A DNA stretch of 64,000 bases from Verrucomicrobiia bacterium (GTDB taxonomy: Bacteria > Verrucomicrobiota > Verrucomicrobiia > Limisphaerales > UBA11358), in contig JBAVOO010000088.1 of NCBI GenBank assembly GCA_049692125.1, forward strand, positions 2,333 through 66,332, written 5' to 3'. Positions 26,665 through 36,409 of the stretch are shown piece after piece (the stretch's first letter is position 1; each line of letters starts with the position of its first letter). The position numbers and the translations under genes were made by a program. Under the pieces are notes generated by a model. It saw only the letters and a program-made list of their open reading frames with translations, was not told where the DNA came from and ran no database searches.

Positions 26665-28086
26665 ATGGATCCCATCAAAACTCAAATCGTGGTTGTTGGC
26701 GCGGGCCCCGGCGGATACGCCGCGGCGTTTTATGCCGCTGATCTCGGCAAAAAAGTCATCCTCGTCGAGCGCGAGAAGCGGCTCGGCGGCGTTTGCCTGA
26801 ATCGTGGCTGCATTCCGTCGAAGGCGCTGCTTTACGCCACACACCAAATCACCGTCGCCAAGGAATCCGAACATCGCGGCATCACGTTCACGCCGCCGAC
26901 GGTGGATTTGTCGAAGCTCCGCGCGTGGAAGGAGTCCATTCTGGAAAAACTCGGCGGCGGGGTGTCGTTCCTGGCGCAAAAACGCGGCGTGCAGGTGCTT
27001 CAAGGACGCGGTTACTTTGAGGATTCACGGACATTGCGCGTCGAGACGGAGCAGGGGCAGCAGTTCATTCAATTTGAAACGGCCATTCTCGCCGTCGGTT
27101 CGCTGCCGGCGCTGCCCAAGGTGTTCGACCTCGGCAACCCGCGCATCATGACCTCCAACGAGGCGCTCGAAGTCCAGGACATCCCGGAAAACCTGCTGGT
27201 CGTCGGCGGCGGTTACATCGGCATGGAACTGGGCACCGTGTACGCCGCGCTCGGCAGCAAAACCGTGCTGGTGGAGGCGCTCGACACCATTCTCGCCGGC
27301 GCTGATCCCGACCTCGCGCGGCCCGTGGTGATGAACGCGAAGAAAATGTTCAAGGAAATCCGGCTCAGGGCGAAGGTGACGAAGATGGCGACCGCCGGCA
27401 AACAAATCAAAGTGGAGATGGAATGCGGCGGGCAAAAGCTCGAAGAACTTTACGACCGCGTGCTCGTCGCCGTCGGTCGTGTGCCGAACAGCGCCGATCT
27501 CGGCCTCGAAAACACCAAGGTCGAGCGGGATGACAAAGGCTTCGTCAAGGTCAACCATCACCAGCAGACCGGCGACCCGAACATTTACGCCATCGGCGAC
27601 ATCGTGGGCGGGATTTTGCTGGCGCACAAGGCGCACAAGGAGGCGCGCATTGCCGTCGAGAACATCAACGGTGAAGACGTCACCTTTGAAAACATCGTCA
27701 TTCCGGCGGTCGTGTTCACCGACCCGGAGCTGGCGTGGTGCGGGTTGAACGAAGCCGAGGCGAAAGCCAAAGGCGTGAAATACGAAGTGGCGATATTCCC
27801 GTGGTCGGCTTCGGGCCGGGCGATGTCGTTCGACCGCACGGACGGCTTGACGAAAATGTTGATTGATCCCGAAAGCGACCGGGTGCTGGGGGTGGGCATC
27901 GTGGGCGCGGGCGCGGGCGAATTGATTGCCGAAGCGGTGCTGGCGTTGGAAATGGGTGCGACCGCCGAGGACATTGCGCTGACGGTGCATCCGCATCCGA
28001 CGCTGTCCGAGACGTTGATGGAATGCGCCGAAGTATTTTATGGCCACGCCACGCACACGATTTCGAAGAAAAAGCCAACGCCGTAA
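26665..28086 (+). CDS. lpdA: Dihydrolipoyl dehydrogenase (E3)
   Basis: GAGPGGY FAD motif, redox disulfide CLNRGCIPSK, and C-terminal HPHPTLSE. Confidence 0.92.
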   Translation: MDPIKTQIVVVGAGPGGYAAAFYAADLGKKVILVEREKRLGGVCLNRGCIPSKALLYATHQITVAKESEHRGITFTPPTVDLSKLRAWKESILEKLGGGVSFLAQKRGVQVLQGRGYFEDSRTLRVETEQGQQFIQFETAILAVGSLPALPKVFDLGNPRIMTSNEALEVQDIPENLLVVGGGYIGMELGTVYAALGSKTVLVEALDTILAGADPDLARPVVMNAKKMFKEIRLRAKVTKMATAGKQIKVEMECGGQKLEELYDRVLVAVGRVPNSADLGLENTKVERDDKGFVKVNHHQQTGDPNIYAIGDIVGGILLAHKAHKEARIAVENINGEDVTFENIVIPAVVFTDPELAWCGLNEAEAKAKGVKYEVAIFPWSASGRAMSFDRTDGLTKMLIDPESDRVLGVGIVGAGAGELIAEAVLALEMGATAEDIALTVHPHPTLSETLMECAEVFYGHATHTISKKKPTP

Positions 28087-28145
28087 AAAATCGTCCTCGA
28101 AATTCTGGCAAAGATAGAGACAAGCGGCCGCATGTTTGTTTTTAC

Positions 28146-28282
28146 TCTCGCCCTCAACCTGACCTTCTCCCCCGGGAGAGGAACAGCATTCGCACCCGAC
28201 GTGATAATTTTGACAACTCACGATTCGCCAACAAACTGACGGTGGTTCACCCTCTCCTGGAGGAGAGGGCCGGGGTGAGGAC
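28146..28282. repeat. R3-family element
   Basis: ctcgccctcaacctgaccttctcccccgggagagg ... caccctctcctggaggagagggccggggtgagg. Confidence 0.7.
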
Positions 28283-28309
28283 GGCGAACGATAGTTCCTG
28301 CCTGTTTCC

Positions 28310-28801
28310 TCATTGCCGACCCGCTGCCGCGTGTTTGGTGGCGTGGTTTCGGAGGTGGCTGAAATTTCCCTGCTCGCCGCAGGCCACAAAACCTTCCGTC
28401 ACCGTTTTCAATTCCTCCCAGCGCGCGCGGATTTCTTTGGCCTCCGCCGGCGTGATCTGGTTGTCGGCGGCGGCGGTGGCGATGACGGCGAGGAGGTCGG
28501 CGAATTCCTGGACGATCTGGTTGGTGGCGGGAATCAGGAAATGCGGATGCGGCGTGTGCTTCGGGTTTTGAATAAAAAAGCCGCCGGCACGCTGGCAAAT
28601 CCATTGGACAAGCCTGTGGTCGCCGGTGCTGGTCAGCAAGGCTTCGATGCGGTCGAGCGGGTTGCTGGTGCCGCTGCCGGCGGCGTGGTCCGGCGGCTCG
28701 GCCCATTTATAGACCATCGAAAGCGACAGGCCGAGATCGGCGGCGACCTGTTTGGGGGCTTTTTTGTCGAAAACCTCGCGCAACAATTCATAGGAATGCA
28801 T
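28310..28801 (-). CDS. Putative HTH regulator (phage CII/CP76-like)
   Basis: QVAADLGLSLSMVYKWAEPP is helix-turn-helix-like. The family assignment is from memory only. Confidence 0.45.
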   Translation of the reverse strand: MHSYELLREVFDKKAPKQVAADLGLSLSMVYKWAEPPDHAAGSGTSNPLDRIEALLTSTGDHRLVQWICQRAGGFFIQNPKHTPHPHFLIPATNQIVQEFADLLAVIATAAADNQITPAEAKEIRARWEELKTVTEGFVACGEQGNFSHLRNHATKHAAAGRQ

Positions 28802-28842
28802 GACGGGACAATGGAAAAGCGGGGCGGGTCGGTCAAACCTAA

Positions 28843-28974
28843 AAACCGGAGTCCGAAATCCGAATACCTAAGGAAATCCGAATACCGAAGGCCGAATTCG
28901 GTTGCTTTCGGTGGCTGTTCAATTGTCCGGCAACTCACCAAACGAATACAATTTGCATTCGGATTTCGGATTTG
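28843..28974. repeat. R5-family element
   Basis: ccgaaatccgaatacc...aaatccgaataccgaagg ... cattcggatttcggatttgg. Confidence 0.65.
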
Positions 28975-29166
28975 GCCCAGACATCTGAACGCGGGACTCC
29001 GGGCATTTACAAACCTCATGCAAAATTATAGATGCAGGTTTGCCAGACCCGGTGTTTGATAAGCGCGACGCATGAAACACAATGGCGAAATCCAGCATTC
29101 CTTTCCGACTTGCTTTGAAAGCGGGTTGGGTTTCTACTCGCTCCCACAACAACTCAGCGAGGATTT

Positions 29167-29724
29167 ATGATTATCTACACGATCTGCTTGGTGGTGGGTT
29201 TGGCGTTCGCCTTCATCAGCGCGATCGCCGGTCACTTCTTTGGCGGCCACGATGGCGGCGGGGCCGTCGGGACGGGCGGCCACGCGGAGGCCGGTTATGA
29301 CCACAGCGGCGTGCCGGGGATTTCGTTCTTTAGCCCCACCGTGCTGGCGTGCTTTGTGACCGCTTTCGGCGCTTGCGGACTCATTCTGAGCAAAGTTGAA
29401 GCGACGCGAAGTGTGTGGGTCAGCGCCCCGATTTCGGCAATCGCCGGACTGGCAATGGCGTTCGTCACCTTTCTGCTTTTCAATTGGATGTTCAAGCAGA
29501 CCGAAAGTTCGAGCGAATCCCGCGTCGCCTCCCTGATTGGCCAGGAAGCCTCGATTGTGACGCCCATTCCGGAAAACGGCGTCGGTGAAATCGCCTACAT
29601 CCAGGGCGGATCCCGCTATACCGCCCCGGCGCGGACTGAAAGCGGCTCTCCGATTCCCGCCGGCAAGCCCGTTCGCATTACCCGCATTGCCGGCACACAG
29701 TTTTACGTTGATGTAATAAACTGA
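29167..29724 (+). CDS. NfeD-family membrane protein
   Basis: N-terminal helices plus a C-terminal OB-like region (GQEASIVTPIPENGVGEIAY...GKPVRITRIAGTQFYV). Located upstream of flotillin. Confidence 0.75.
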   Translation: MIIYTICLVVGLAFAFISAIAGHFFGGHDGGGAVGTGGHAEAGYDHSGVPGISFFSPTVLACFVTAFGACGLILSKVEATRSVWVSAPISAIAGLAMAFVTFLLFNWMFKQTESSSESRVASLIGQEASIVTPIPENGVGEIAYIQGGSRYTAPARTESGSPIPAGKPVRITRIAGTQFYVDVIN

Positions 29725-29772
29725 ACCACCCAACCGCCACTCCCAATTACAACTTACAACTAAAGGAACACT

Positions 29773-31296
29773 ATGTTTACCCCAATCCTCCTGGCCGACA
29801 TCACCTTCACCGCCTATGTCATCGGTGGAGTCATCGCGGTCGTCATTGTCCTTTTCATGTTGCTCGGCCTCTGGGCCAGCCGCTACACCAAGGTCGGTCC
29901 CAACCAGGTGCTGGTCATTTCCGGCCGCAAACGACGGATCATCGATCCCGACGGCACCGCGCGTGATGTCGGGTTCCGCATCGTCAAAGGCGGCGGCCGG
30001 TTCGTTTGGCCGGTGTACGAAAAGGTGGATATCCTCTCGCTCGAATTGCTGACCATCGACGTGCAGACGCCGGAGGTCTATACGAGCAAAGGCGTGCCGG
30101 TGAAGGTGGACGGCGTGGCCCAAATCAAGGTCAAGGGCGATGACATCTCCATCGCCACGGCTGCCGAACAATTTCTCAGTAAAGGCGTTGACGACATCAA
30201 AAACATCGCCATGCAAACGCTCGAAGGCCATTTGCGCGCGATTCTCGGCACGATGACCGTTGAGGAAATCTACCAGAACCGCGACGCCTTCGCCCAGAAA
30301 GTCCAGGAAGTGGCGGCGGGCGACATGGCCAACATGGGCCTCGGCATCGTCAGTTTCACCATCCGCGACATCCGCGACACGCAAGGCTACCTCGACGCGC
30401 TCGGCAAACCGCGCATCGCCCAGGTCAAACGCGACGCCATCATCGCCCAGGCCGAGGCCGACCGCGATGCGCAGATTCGATCCGCGCAGGCGAATCAGGC
30501 GGGGCAGGAAGCGAAGTTCGTCGCCGACACGAAAGTTGCCGAGGCGCAACGCAATTACCAATCCAATGTCGCGCAATACCAGGCGGCGGTGAACCAGCAG
30601 AAGGCGCAGGCCGACCTGGCGTATGATTTGCAGAAATTCAAGACCGGCCAGCTCGTGAAGGCCGAGGAAGTGCAGGTGCAAATCATCGAGAAGCAAAAGC
30701 AAATCGAGCTGCAGCAGCAGGAAATCCAGCGCAAACAGCGCGAACTCGAAGCCAATGTCCAGAAACCCGCCGACGCCGAGCGCTACAAAGTCGAGACGCT
30801 GGCCAACGCGAGGAAATTCCAGCTCGAAACCGAGGCGGCCGGTGCGGCGTCCGCGACGAAAGCGACCGGTTTTGCCGGGGCCGACGTCGTGAAAGCCACG
30901 GGTCTGGCCGAAGCCGATGCGAACAAGGCGCGCGGTCTGGCCGAGGCGTCCGTCATCGAGGCGCAAGGCAAGGCGACCGCCGAAGCCATGCGGGTGAAAG
31001 CCGAAAGCTTCAAGCAATACAACCAGGCGGCGGTCATCGAAATGATTGTGCGGGTGATGCCGGAAATCGCGGGCAAGATCAGCGAGCCGCTGAGCAAGAC
31101 CGAGAAGATGGTCATCATCAACAGCGGCAACGGCCCCGGCGGCGGCGCGAGCAAGCTGACCGGCGACGTGACCACCATCATCAGCCAGTTGCCGCCGGTG
31201 CTGGAGAGCCTGACCGGCGTGAAGTTTGAAAAATTGCTCGAACAGGTTCCCGCGCTGAAAAAGGCGATGAGCAAGGACGACGATAAAGGGAAATGA
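29773..31296 (+). CDS. Flotillin / SPFH (band 7) family protein
   Basis: N-terminal TM, SPFH domain, and a long Ala/Glu/Gln coiled-coil (AQAEADRDAQIRSAQANQAGQEAK...). Confidence 0.88.
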   Translation: MFTPILLADITFTAYVIGGVIAVVIVLFMLLGLWASRYTKVGPNQVLVISGRKRRIIDPDGTARDVGFRIVKGGGRFVWPVYEKVDILSLELLTIDVQTPEVYTSKGVPVKVDGVAQIKVKGDDISIATAAEQFLSKGVDDIKNIAMQTLEGHLRAILGTMTVEEIYQNRDAFAQKVQEVAAGDMANMGLGIVSFTIRDIRDTQGYLDALGKPRIAQVKRDAIIAQAEADRDAQIRSAQANQAGQEAKFVADTKVAEAQRNYQSNVAQYQAAVNQQKAQADLAYDLQKFKTGQLVKAEEVQVQIIEKQKQIELQQQEIQRKQRELEANVQKPADAERYKVETLANARKFQLETEAAGAASATKATGFAGADVVKATGLAEADANKARGLAEASVIEAQGKATAEAMRVKAESFKQYNQAAVIEMIVRVMPEIAGKISEPLSKTEKMVIINSGNGPGGGASKLTGDVTTIISQLPPVLESLTGVKFEKLLEQVPALKKAMSKDDDKGK

Positions 31297-31305
31297 CCAG
31301 TGTTC

Positions 31306-31370
31306 CGTAGGAGCCGAGGTGACGAGGCTCAAATTGATGCATAATTGAGACTCCTTACGTCGTCTCCTAC
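31306..31370. repeat. R1 palindromic element
   Basis: cgtaggagccgaggtgacgaggctc ... gagactccttacgtcgtctcctac. Confidence 0.85.
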
Positions 31371-31380
31371 GGTTGTTTGA

Positions 31381-31626
31381 ATGATTATGAAACTTTGCCG
31401 TTCACATGACGACCGCCGGCTTGCCGGAGTTTGCGGCGGGTTGGCGAAGCATTTTGATCTGCCATCATCGAAGCTGCGCGTAGTCTGGGTTTTGGGAACG
31501 CTTTTCAGCGCGGCATTTCCAGGCATCTTTTTATATCTGGCGCTTTGGTATTTGCTGCCGGAAGAACCGCCGCCCGCGCCCAGCTTTGAACCGCCGCCGT
31601 TGCAGCCGTGGAAAAAAACAGCCTGA
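31381..31626 (+). CDS. PspC-domain protein
   Basis: LCRSHDDRRLAGVCGGLAKHFDLPSSKLRVVWVL followed by a TM helix. Confidence 0.8.
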   Translation: MIMKLCRSHDDRRLAGVCGGLAKHFDLPSSKLRVVWVLGTLFSAAFPGIFLYLALWYLLPEEPPPAPSFEPPPLQPWKKTA

Positions 31627-31664
31627 GAAAACGAAACGAAAATGACCAACCGCGACAGCCTAAG

Positions 31665-32654
31665 ATGAAGCTCAAGAGCAATGAGATTTTTGATGAATTA
31701 TGTAAAGTAGTGAACTTATATGTCGCGATTCTTGCGATTATCACGCTTTTAGCGGCGGTTGGCTTCTTTAAAATTAAGTCTGAGCCGGTCGTCAGGGTGT
31801 TGAAACCCATTTACTTTCTTGATATGAACGGGATCGTTCGTGCAGCAAAAAAGGGTGGCGTTGTCGATTCCATACCCAAAGAGTGGAATCAATTCACAAA
31901 TAAGCTCATGACGTATGGTCACAATGTCGGACTCCATATGTTTGGTATTAAAATTGGCCAAGGGCTTGCACCCTATGAAGATAATTTTGGCACGAATTTC
32001 ACTTTTGGCCTTCCGGTCTATACGCATCCGCAGGACATGCTCGTTGACTTAGGACTGATTGACAAGCCGAGTACGAATCATCTCAATAAAACGATTCTCT
32101 CCGATGACCAAAAAAGACTAAGACTACAGGGGCTTTTAGGTTTGGATCTTCAGGCTGTCGCTTGGAAACAACATCTAGAGCCGGGTTGGAATATGGACCG
32201 CAATCCACTACAGATCTTTGTCACACTTACGAATATAGTGTATGGTTCGTTTGACGAAGCAACCGCCAGTTTTGTCAATGAGCTTCGCGATTCAGTTTAC
32301 GTGGTGTCTATTATCTCCGTCGAAAATCCAACTTCTGAGGCAATGGAGAACGTCCGCATAGCTGTTAGCGACAGTGTTTATGGAACTGGCACTGAGTTGG
32401 TGGGGTGGTCTGTTTTACCACAAGTCACAGATAACACAAGCCGATCGCGTCTTCTTCGACTAAACGTAGAGCACATAAACGCCGGCGAAAGTATTGAAGT
32501 CGTGTTTCGAGGAAAACGATTCATTCGACCTGAAGAAGTTATGGTTTCCTTGGCACCTTTGAGCATACAAAAATCCAAGGTTGCTCTGATTATGCTCTCT
32601 ACTCTCTGTGTGACCATACTTCTATGGTGGATAACCTTAAAGAGACTTACATAA
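31665..32654 (+). CDS. Hypothetical bitopic membrane protein in a visibly AT-richer segment
   Basis: Start MKLKSNEIFDEL. TM helices at both ends. No motif recognised. Its stop overlaps the next start (TAATG). Confidence 0.55.
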   Translation: MKLKSNEIFDELCKVVNLYVAILAIITLLAAVGFFKIKSEPVVRVLKPIYFLDMNGIVRAAKKGGVVDSIPKEWNQFTNKLMTYGHNVGLHMFGIKIGQGLAPYEDNFGTNFTFGLPVYTHPQDMLVDLGLIDKPSTNHLNKTILSDDQKRLRLQGLLGLDLQAVAWKQHLEPGWNMDRNPLQIFVTLTNIVYGSFDEATASFVNELRDSVYVVSIISVENPTSEAMENVRIAVSDSVYGTGTELVGWSVLPQVTDNTSRSRLLRLNVEHINAGESIEVVFRGKRFIRPEEVMVSLAPLSIQKSKVALIMLSTLCVTILLWWITLKRLT

Positions 32655-33514
32655 TGCGCCTATTCGAAGCCATCATTGATGCGAACCACCGGGCGGTGGC
32701 TGGTGACACGACGGCCGGTCTGCATCCGGCGGATTTCGAGGCTGAATTGCCGGTCATCGCGCTGACGTGTGTTGATCCGCGGTTGAATGCGTTATTTCCG
32801 AACGCGCTGGCGTTGCCTGCCGAGGAGTTCATCTGGCTGCGCAACGCGGGCAACATCATCACCGGGCCGCTGAGCAGCACCCTGCGGTCGCTCGCGCTGG
32901 CGTGCGCGGTCAAGGGCGGCAAGGAAATCGCCATCATCGGCCACACGGACTGCCAGATTTGCAAAACGACGGCGATGCAGTTGCTCGACAAATTGAAGGC
33001 CTTGGGCGTCGAGCGGCATTTGTTGCCAGAAAACATCAACGAATTTTTCGGCATGTTCAGCAGCGAACGGCAGAACGTCATCAAGGCTTGCGACATCGTC
33101 CGGCACAGCCCGCTCATCGGCCCGAAAATCCCGGTGCATGGTTTTTTGGTGGACATCGAAACCGGCCGGCTCGAATGGATTGTGAACGGCTACGAAGCCT
33201 GGCAGACGTTGCCAAGCCCAAGCGACGCGATAAAAGGCGCCGGGCCGATGGCCGGGGCACTCGGCTCGTTCGCCGCGTTCAACATCGGCGAAATGAAATT
33301 CCCTGAAGCGAAAATCGGCGAGGTGGTGACGAAAGCCGAAGACTGGCTGTCGCAGAAAATCGGGCAGTTGGAAGTCAAACCTTCCCAGCCGTCGGCTCCG
33401 GCTGCGCCCGCGCCGCAGGTTCCGCCTTTGCCCGCCGCGCCGGTCATCCCGCCGAAAATCCCGCTGCCGCCGCCGATTCGCCCCAAAATCATTCCGACCC
33501 GAGGCCGGCGGTGA
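32654..33514 (+). CDS. Beta-class carbonic anhydrase-like protein with Pro-rich C-terminal tail
   Basis: LTCVDPRL (C-x-D-x-R) and IIGHTDCQ (H-x-x-C) zinc-ligand motifs. Tail PAAPAPQVPPLPAAPVIPPKIPLPPPIRP. Confidence 0.7.
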   Translation: MRLFEAIIDANHRAVAGDTTAGLHPADFEAELPVIALTCVDPRLNALFPNALALPAEEFIWLRNAGNIITGPLSSTLRSLALACAVKGGKEIAIIGHTDCQICKTTAMQLLDKLKALGVERHLLPENINEFFGMFSSERQNVIKACDIVRHSPLIGPKIPVHGFLVDIETGRLEWIVNGYEAWQTLPSPSDAIKGAGPMAGALGSFAAFNIGEMKFPEAKIGEVVTKAEDWLSQKIGQLEVKPSQPSAPAAPAPQVPPLPAAPVIPPKIPLPPPIRPKIIPTRGRR

Positions 33515-33546
33515 AGGTTCGGAGTCCCGCGTTTATTACACATCGC

Positions 33547-33609
33547 GTTTGGTGTCCACCCTTCAGGGTGCCATGCCGTCACCAACACGCTGAAGCGTGG
33601 ACACCAAAC
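33547..33609 (+). repeat. Long palindromic hairpin, repeat family R8 (gtttggtgtccac...gtggacaccaaac), possible terminator
   Basis: 13-nt perfect arms plus an inner cttcag/ctgaag pairing, followed by cgttttcg. Confidence 0.6.
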
Positions 33610-33664
33610 CGTTTTCGTGATTGAAAGCGGCGGTCGGCAGGCTAGAATCAGTGCTTCGATGGTC

Positions 33665-33742
<78 letters not shown>

Positions 33743-33854
33743 TTTCTTCCTCCGCCGGTTGCGGCCTCAACGTGAGGGTCAGGCTGCCGAAGTCCACTTC
33801 AAACTGCCGGTTGGGCCGGATGACGACCTTCCGGACAAGGCCGTCCGCAATTAA

Positions 33855-35102
33855 TCATTCGCGGTCAAACACCAGCGTGGTTTTGTCGTCCGTGATCGTC
33901 AGTCGCGTGTCTTCGATCTGGACGGGCATGGATTGGTTTTTGCCGCCGCTGCTGAGCGACAATTCGTAATCAGCCCCGTCACCTTTCCATTTACCCTGCC
34001 ACGTGGCGGTTTCAGTGGTGGGCGGCTTGCCGGGCTGCGTTTTAAGATGAGGCAGATTTTTCAGGAACGCCTGGCCATCGGCGCCGGCGACGAAGGCGGT
34101 CTTGGCATACGATTGCGTCACCCAGGCGCGCAGTATCCGCATTTCGTGCGACGAAATGACCTTTTGCGTCTCCAGCAGCCGGCTCGTGGTCGCGGCGATG
34201 TTGAAATCCCAACGGCCGACGATTTTTTCCGAACCATATTTTGCCGACTGGCCGGTTTGCAAATAGGCGCACAGGTCGTCAAAATTGTCCTGGACAATGC
34301 CCCACACCAGGTCGGCCGTCTCCCGGTTTTCCCAGAGGGATTTGAACTGGTCGTTGTCGAGCAATTGCCGGATGGGCGCGTGTTGCTTCCACGCATTTTG
34401 AAACTCGGTGTTCTGGCCGAGCTGTTTGAAGTCATCGCGTTCGGTCAGGGAAATAAACATCGGATAATCCGCCAGGCGGTCGCGCAACTGCGGGTTTTGG
34501 CAGAGCAGTCCGGCGAGATCGGCATTCTTGAAATAACTGTCCGGCATCGGGTCAATGCCGCGCGCAATCTGGGCGAACCCGGTGGCTTCCGAATCATGCC
34601 CCAGCCGGTTCAGCAGTTTGACCAGCCGGCCTTCGTCGTCGGATGTGGCGACCTGGGCCGTCCAGTAGCTCAAATCGAAAATGATGAACGAGATCAGCAC
34701 GAGATAGGCGAGGCCGTTCACCAGGCCGAGACCGAGGCCGAGCCGGGCATTCAGCCGGTTCCACCGGAGCAATTGCAGGCTGTCTTCTTTGTATTTGAAA
34801 TGAACTTCCACCTTGCGATGCACAAAAAACCCCGCCGATTTGAATGGAATCAACAAAATCCAAAACACGATCAACGGTGACACCAGCCAGAGGACGGTCG
34901 GGTCATGAATGCCCACGTGCGGCAGCATCGGCTTGACGTATTTGGCGAGTGGCCCGGCCAGCAACGCGGAAACAATAATGCCGAGCAGCGAGAACGACAC
35001 GCGAACCGCGCCCTGCCGGTAACCGAGGGCGGCCAGCGACAGCAGCATCACCGAAACCAGAATCCAAATGGTCATACCCACAAATAAAAACCATTTGGCC
35101 AA
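33855..35102 (-). CDS. CvpA-family membrane protein with a large C-terminal soluble domain
   Basis: Four N-terminal helices in a CvpA-like arrangement. The remainder is not recognised. Confidence 0.5.
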   Translation of the reverse strand: MAKWFLFVGMTIWILVSVMLLSLAALGYRQGAVRVSFSLLGIIVSALLAGPLAKYVKPMLPHVGIHDPTVLWLVSPLIVFWILLIPFKSAGFFVHRKVEVHFKYKEDSLQLLRWNRLNARLGLGLGLVNGLAYLVLISFIIFDLSYWTAQVATSDDEGRLVKLLNRLGHDSEATGFAQIARGIDPMPDSYFKNADLAGLLCQNPQLRDRLADYPMFISLTERDDFKQLGQNTEFQNAWKQHAPIRQLLDNDQFKSLWENRETADLVWGIVQDNFDDLCAYLQTGQSAKYGSEKIVGRWDFNIAATTSRLLETQKVISSHEMRILRAWVTQSYAKTAFVAGADGQAFLKNLPHLKTQPGKPPTTETATWQGKWKGDGADYELSLSSGGKNQSMPVQIEDTRLTITDDKTTLVFDRE

Positions 35103-35191
35103 AAAAGCACGCTAAAATTTGTCTTCGCCCAACCCGGGAGCGCCGGCGCTCCCAGGATTCCGCGTTGAAACCGGGCAGGGGATGAAGCAAA

Positions 35192-35923
35192 TTGCGCGTA
35201 GTGAAGATTTCCGTCGTTGTTCCAGCCTTTAACGAAGAGCGGTTGCTCGGCGAATCGCTGGCACAAATCAAATCAGCGGCCCAGGCATTCGCGCAGCGCG
35301 GCTGGGACTTTGAGACGATTGTGTGCGACAACAATTCCACCGACCGCACGGCGGAAATCGCGCGGGCGGCGGGCGCAACCGTCGTGTTCGAGCCGGTCAA
35401 TCAAATCGCCCGCGCCCGGAATTCCGGCGCGGCGGCGGCCACCGGCGACTGGCTGATTTTTGTGGACGCGGATTCGCGTCCGAATGCCGGACTGTTTGCC
35501 GAAGTTGCGGGGCAAATCAGTTCCGGTCGCTGTCTGGCCGGCGGGGTCACGGTCCGGATGGATGAGAAACATCTGGTGGCCGGGTTCGCCACGTGGCTTT
35601 GGAACTGCGCCAGCCGGATGGGGCGGTTGCTCGCTGGCTCATTTATTTTTTGCGAAACGGCGGCGTTCCGGAAAATCGGCGGTTTCAGCAACGAATTATT
35701 TGCGGCGGAGGAATTGGAGTTGAGCCGGCGGCTGCGGCGGCTGGCGCGGGAAACGAACCGGAAAATTATAATTTTGCACCGGCATCCGCTGATCACTTCC
35801 GCGCGGAAGATGCGGCTTTACACGATGCGGGACCACCTCAAATTGCTGGTGCGCGTGCTCTTCAACCGCCGTGCCCTGACCCGCCGCGAATCCTGCACTT
35901 TGTGGTATGACGGGCGGAGATGA
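35192..35923 (+). CDS. Family 2 glycosyltransferase
   Basis: ISVVVPAFNEE, CDNNSTDRTAEIA, FVDADS. Confidence 0.85.
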   Translation: MRVVKISVVVPAFNEERLLGESLAQIKSAAQAFAQRGWDFETIVCDNNSTDRTAEIARAAGATVVFEPVNQIARARNSGAAAATGDWLIFVDADSRPNAGLFAEVAGQISSGRCLAGGVTVRMDEKHLVAGFATWLWNCASRMGRLLAGSFIFCETAAFRKIGGFSNELFAAEELELSRRLRRLARETNRKIIILHRHPLITSARKMRLYTMRDHLKLLVRVLFNRRALTRRESCTLWYDGRR

Positions 35924-36135
35924 CACCTTTAATGTCGCGGCGAAGGGTTGTCCTATTTAAAAAACTTCATGAACGGTTCAATTATCATCATTGTAGCGAT
36001 CAAACATTCTGGCAGCGTCGCTAGCTGGTGACGAGAATCGCCAGAAAACATAGAAGGCGGTAACGTCCCTTGACCATTGAATAAAGACAGTAAGTAAATA
36101 ATGCCATAACCCCTTGCTGCTCATGCAGCAAAACT

Positions 36136-36159
36136 TGGAGGCGGAGGTCGGAATCGAAC
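36136..36159 (-). other. Orphan tRNA 3'-end-like fragment (T-loop + acceptor + CCA)
   Basis: The reverse complement gttcgattccgacctccgcctcca has a T-loop, a 3' acceptor strand and CCA. The upstream sequence cannot form a T-stem or a 5' acceptor. Confidence 0.4.
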
Positions 36160-36409
36160 GATGTCTTCACCGACTACCAGCCTCAATATCCTGATTTACA
36201 GGGTTATTTTAACGTTGACTTTACAAGGGTTCAAAAGGTTTCTGACACTATCCGCTCACTACCGGACATAACACGCCACCTACACGCTTACTACTCGGTT
36301 ATTGAAGAAATCGTTGAAGGTTTCGTTGAAGGTTTTTTAACCGGGTTGGAAGCATCCGCAGACGGACCCATCCGGGCAAGGGGTCGTCCGCTTGCATTGC
36401 ACCAGCCCG

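Noticed and set aside
28310-28801. Prophage, inferred from the CII-like regulator
   Set aside because: It is a single gene flanked by repeats and housekeeping genes. No integrase, structural or lysis genes are nearby.
29134-31332. 732-aa ORF on the minus strand
   Set aside because: It is antisense to the NfeD and flotillin genes. The product is low-complexity and Arg/Gly/Asp-rich, so I treat it as a shadow ORF.
36090-36200. Complete tRNA gene on the minus strand
   Set aside because: Only the last ~24 nt are tRNA-like. The preceding bases cannot pair as a T-stem and there is no matching 5' acceptor strand.
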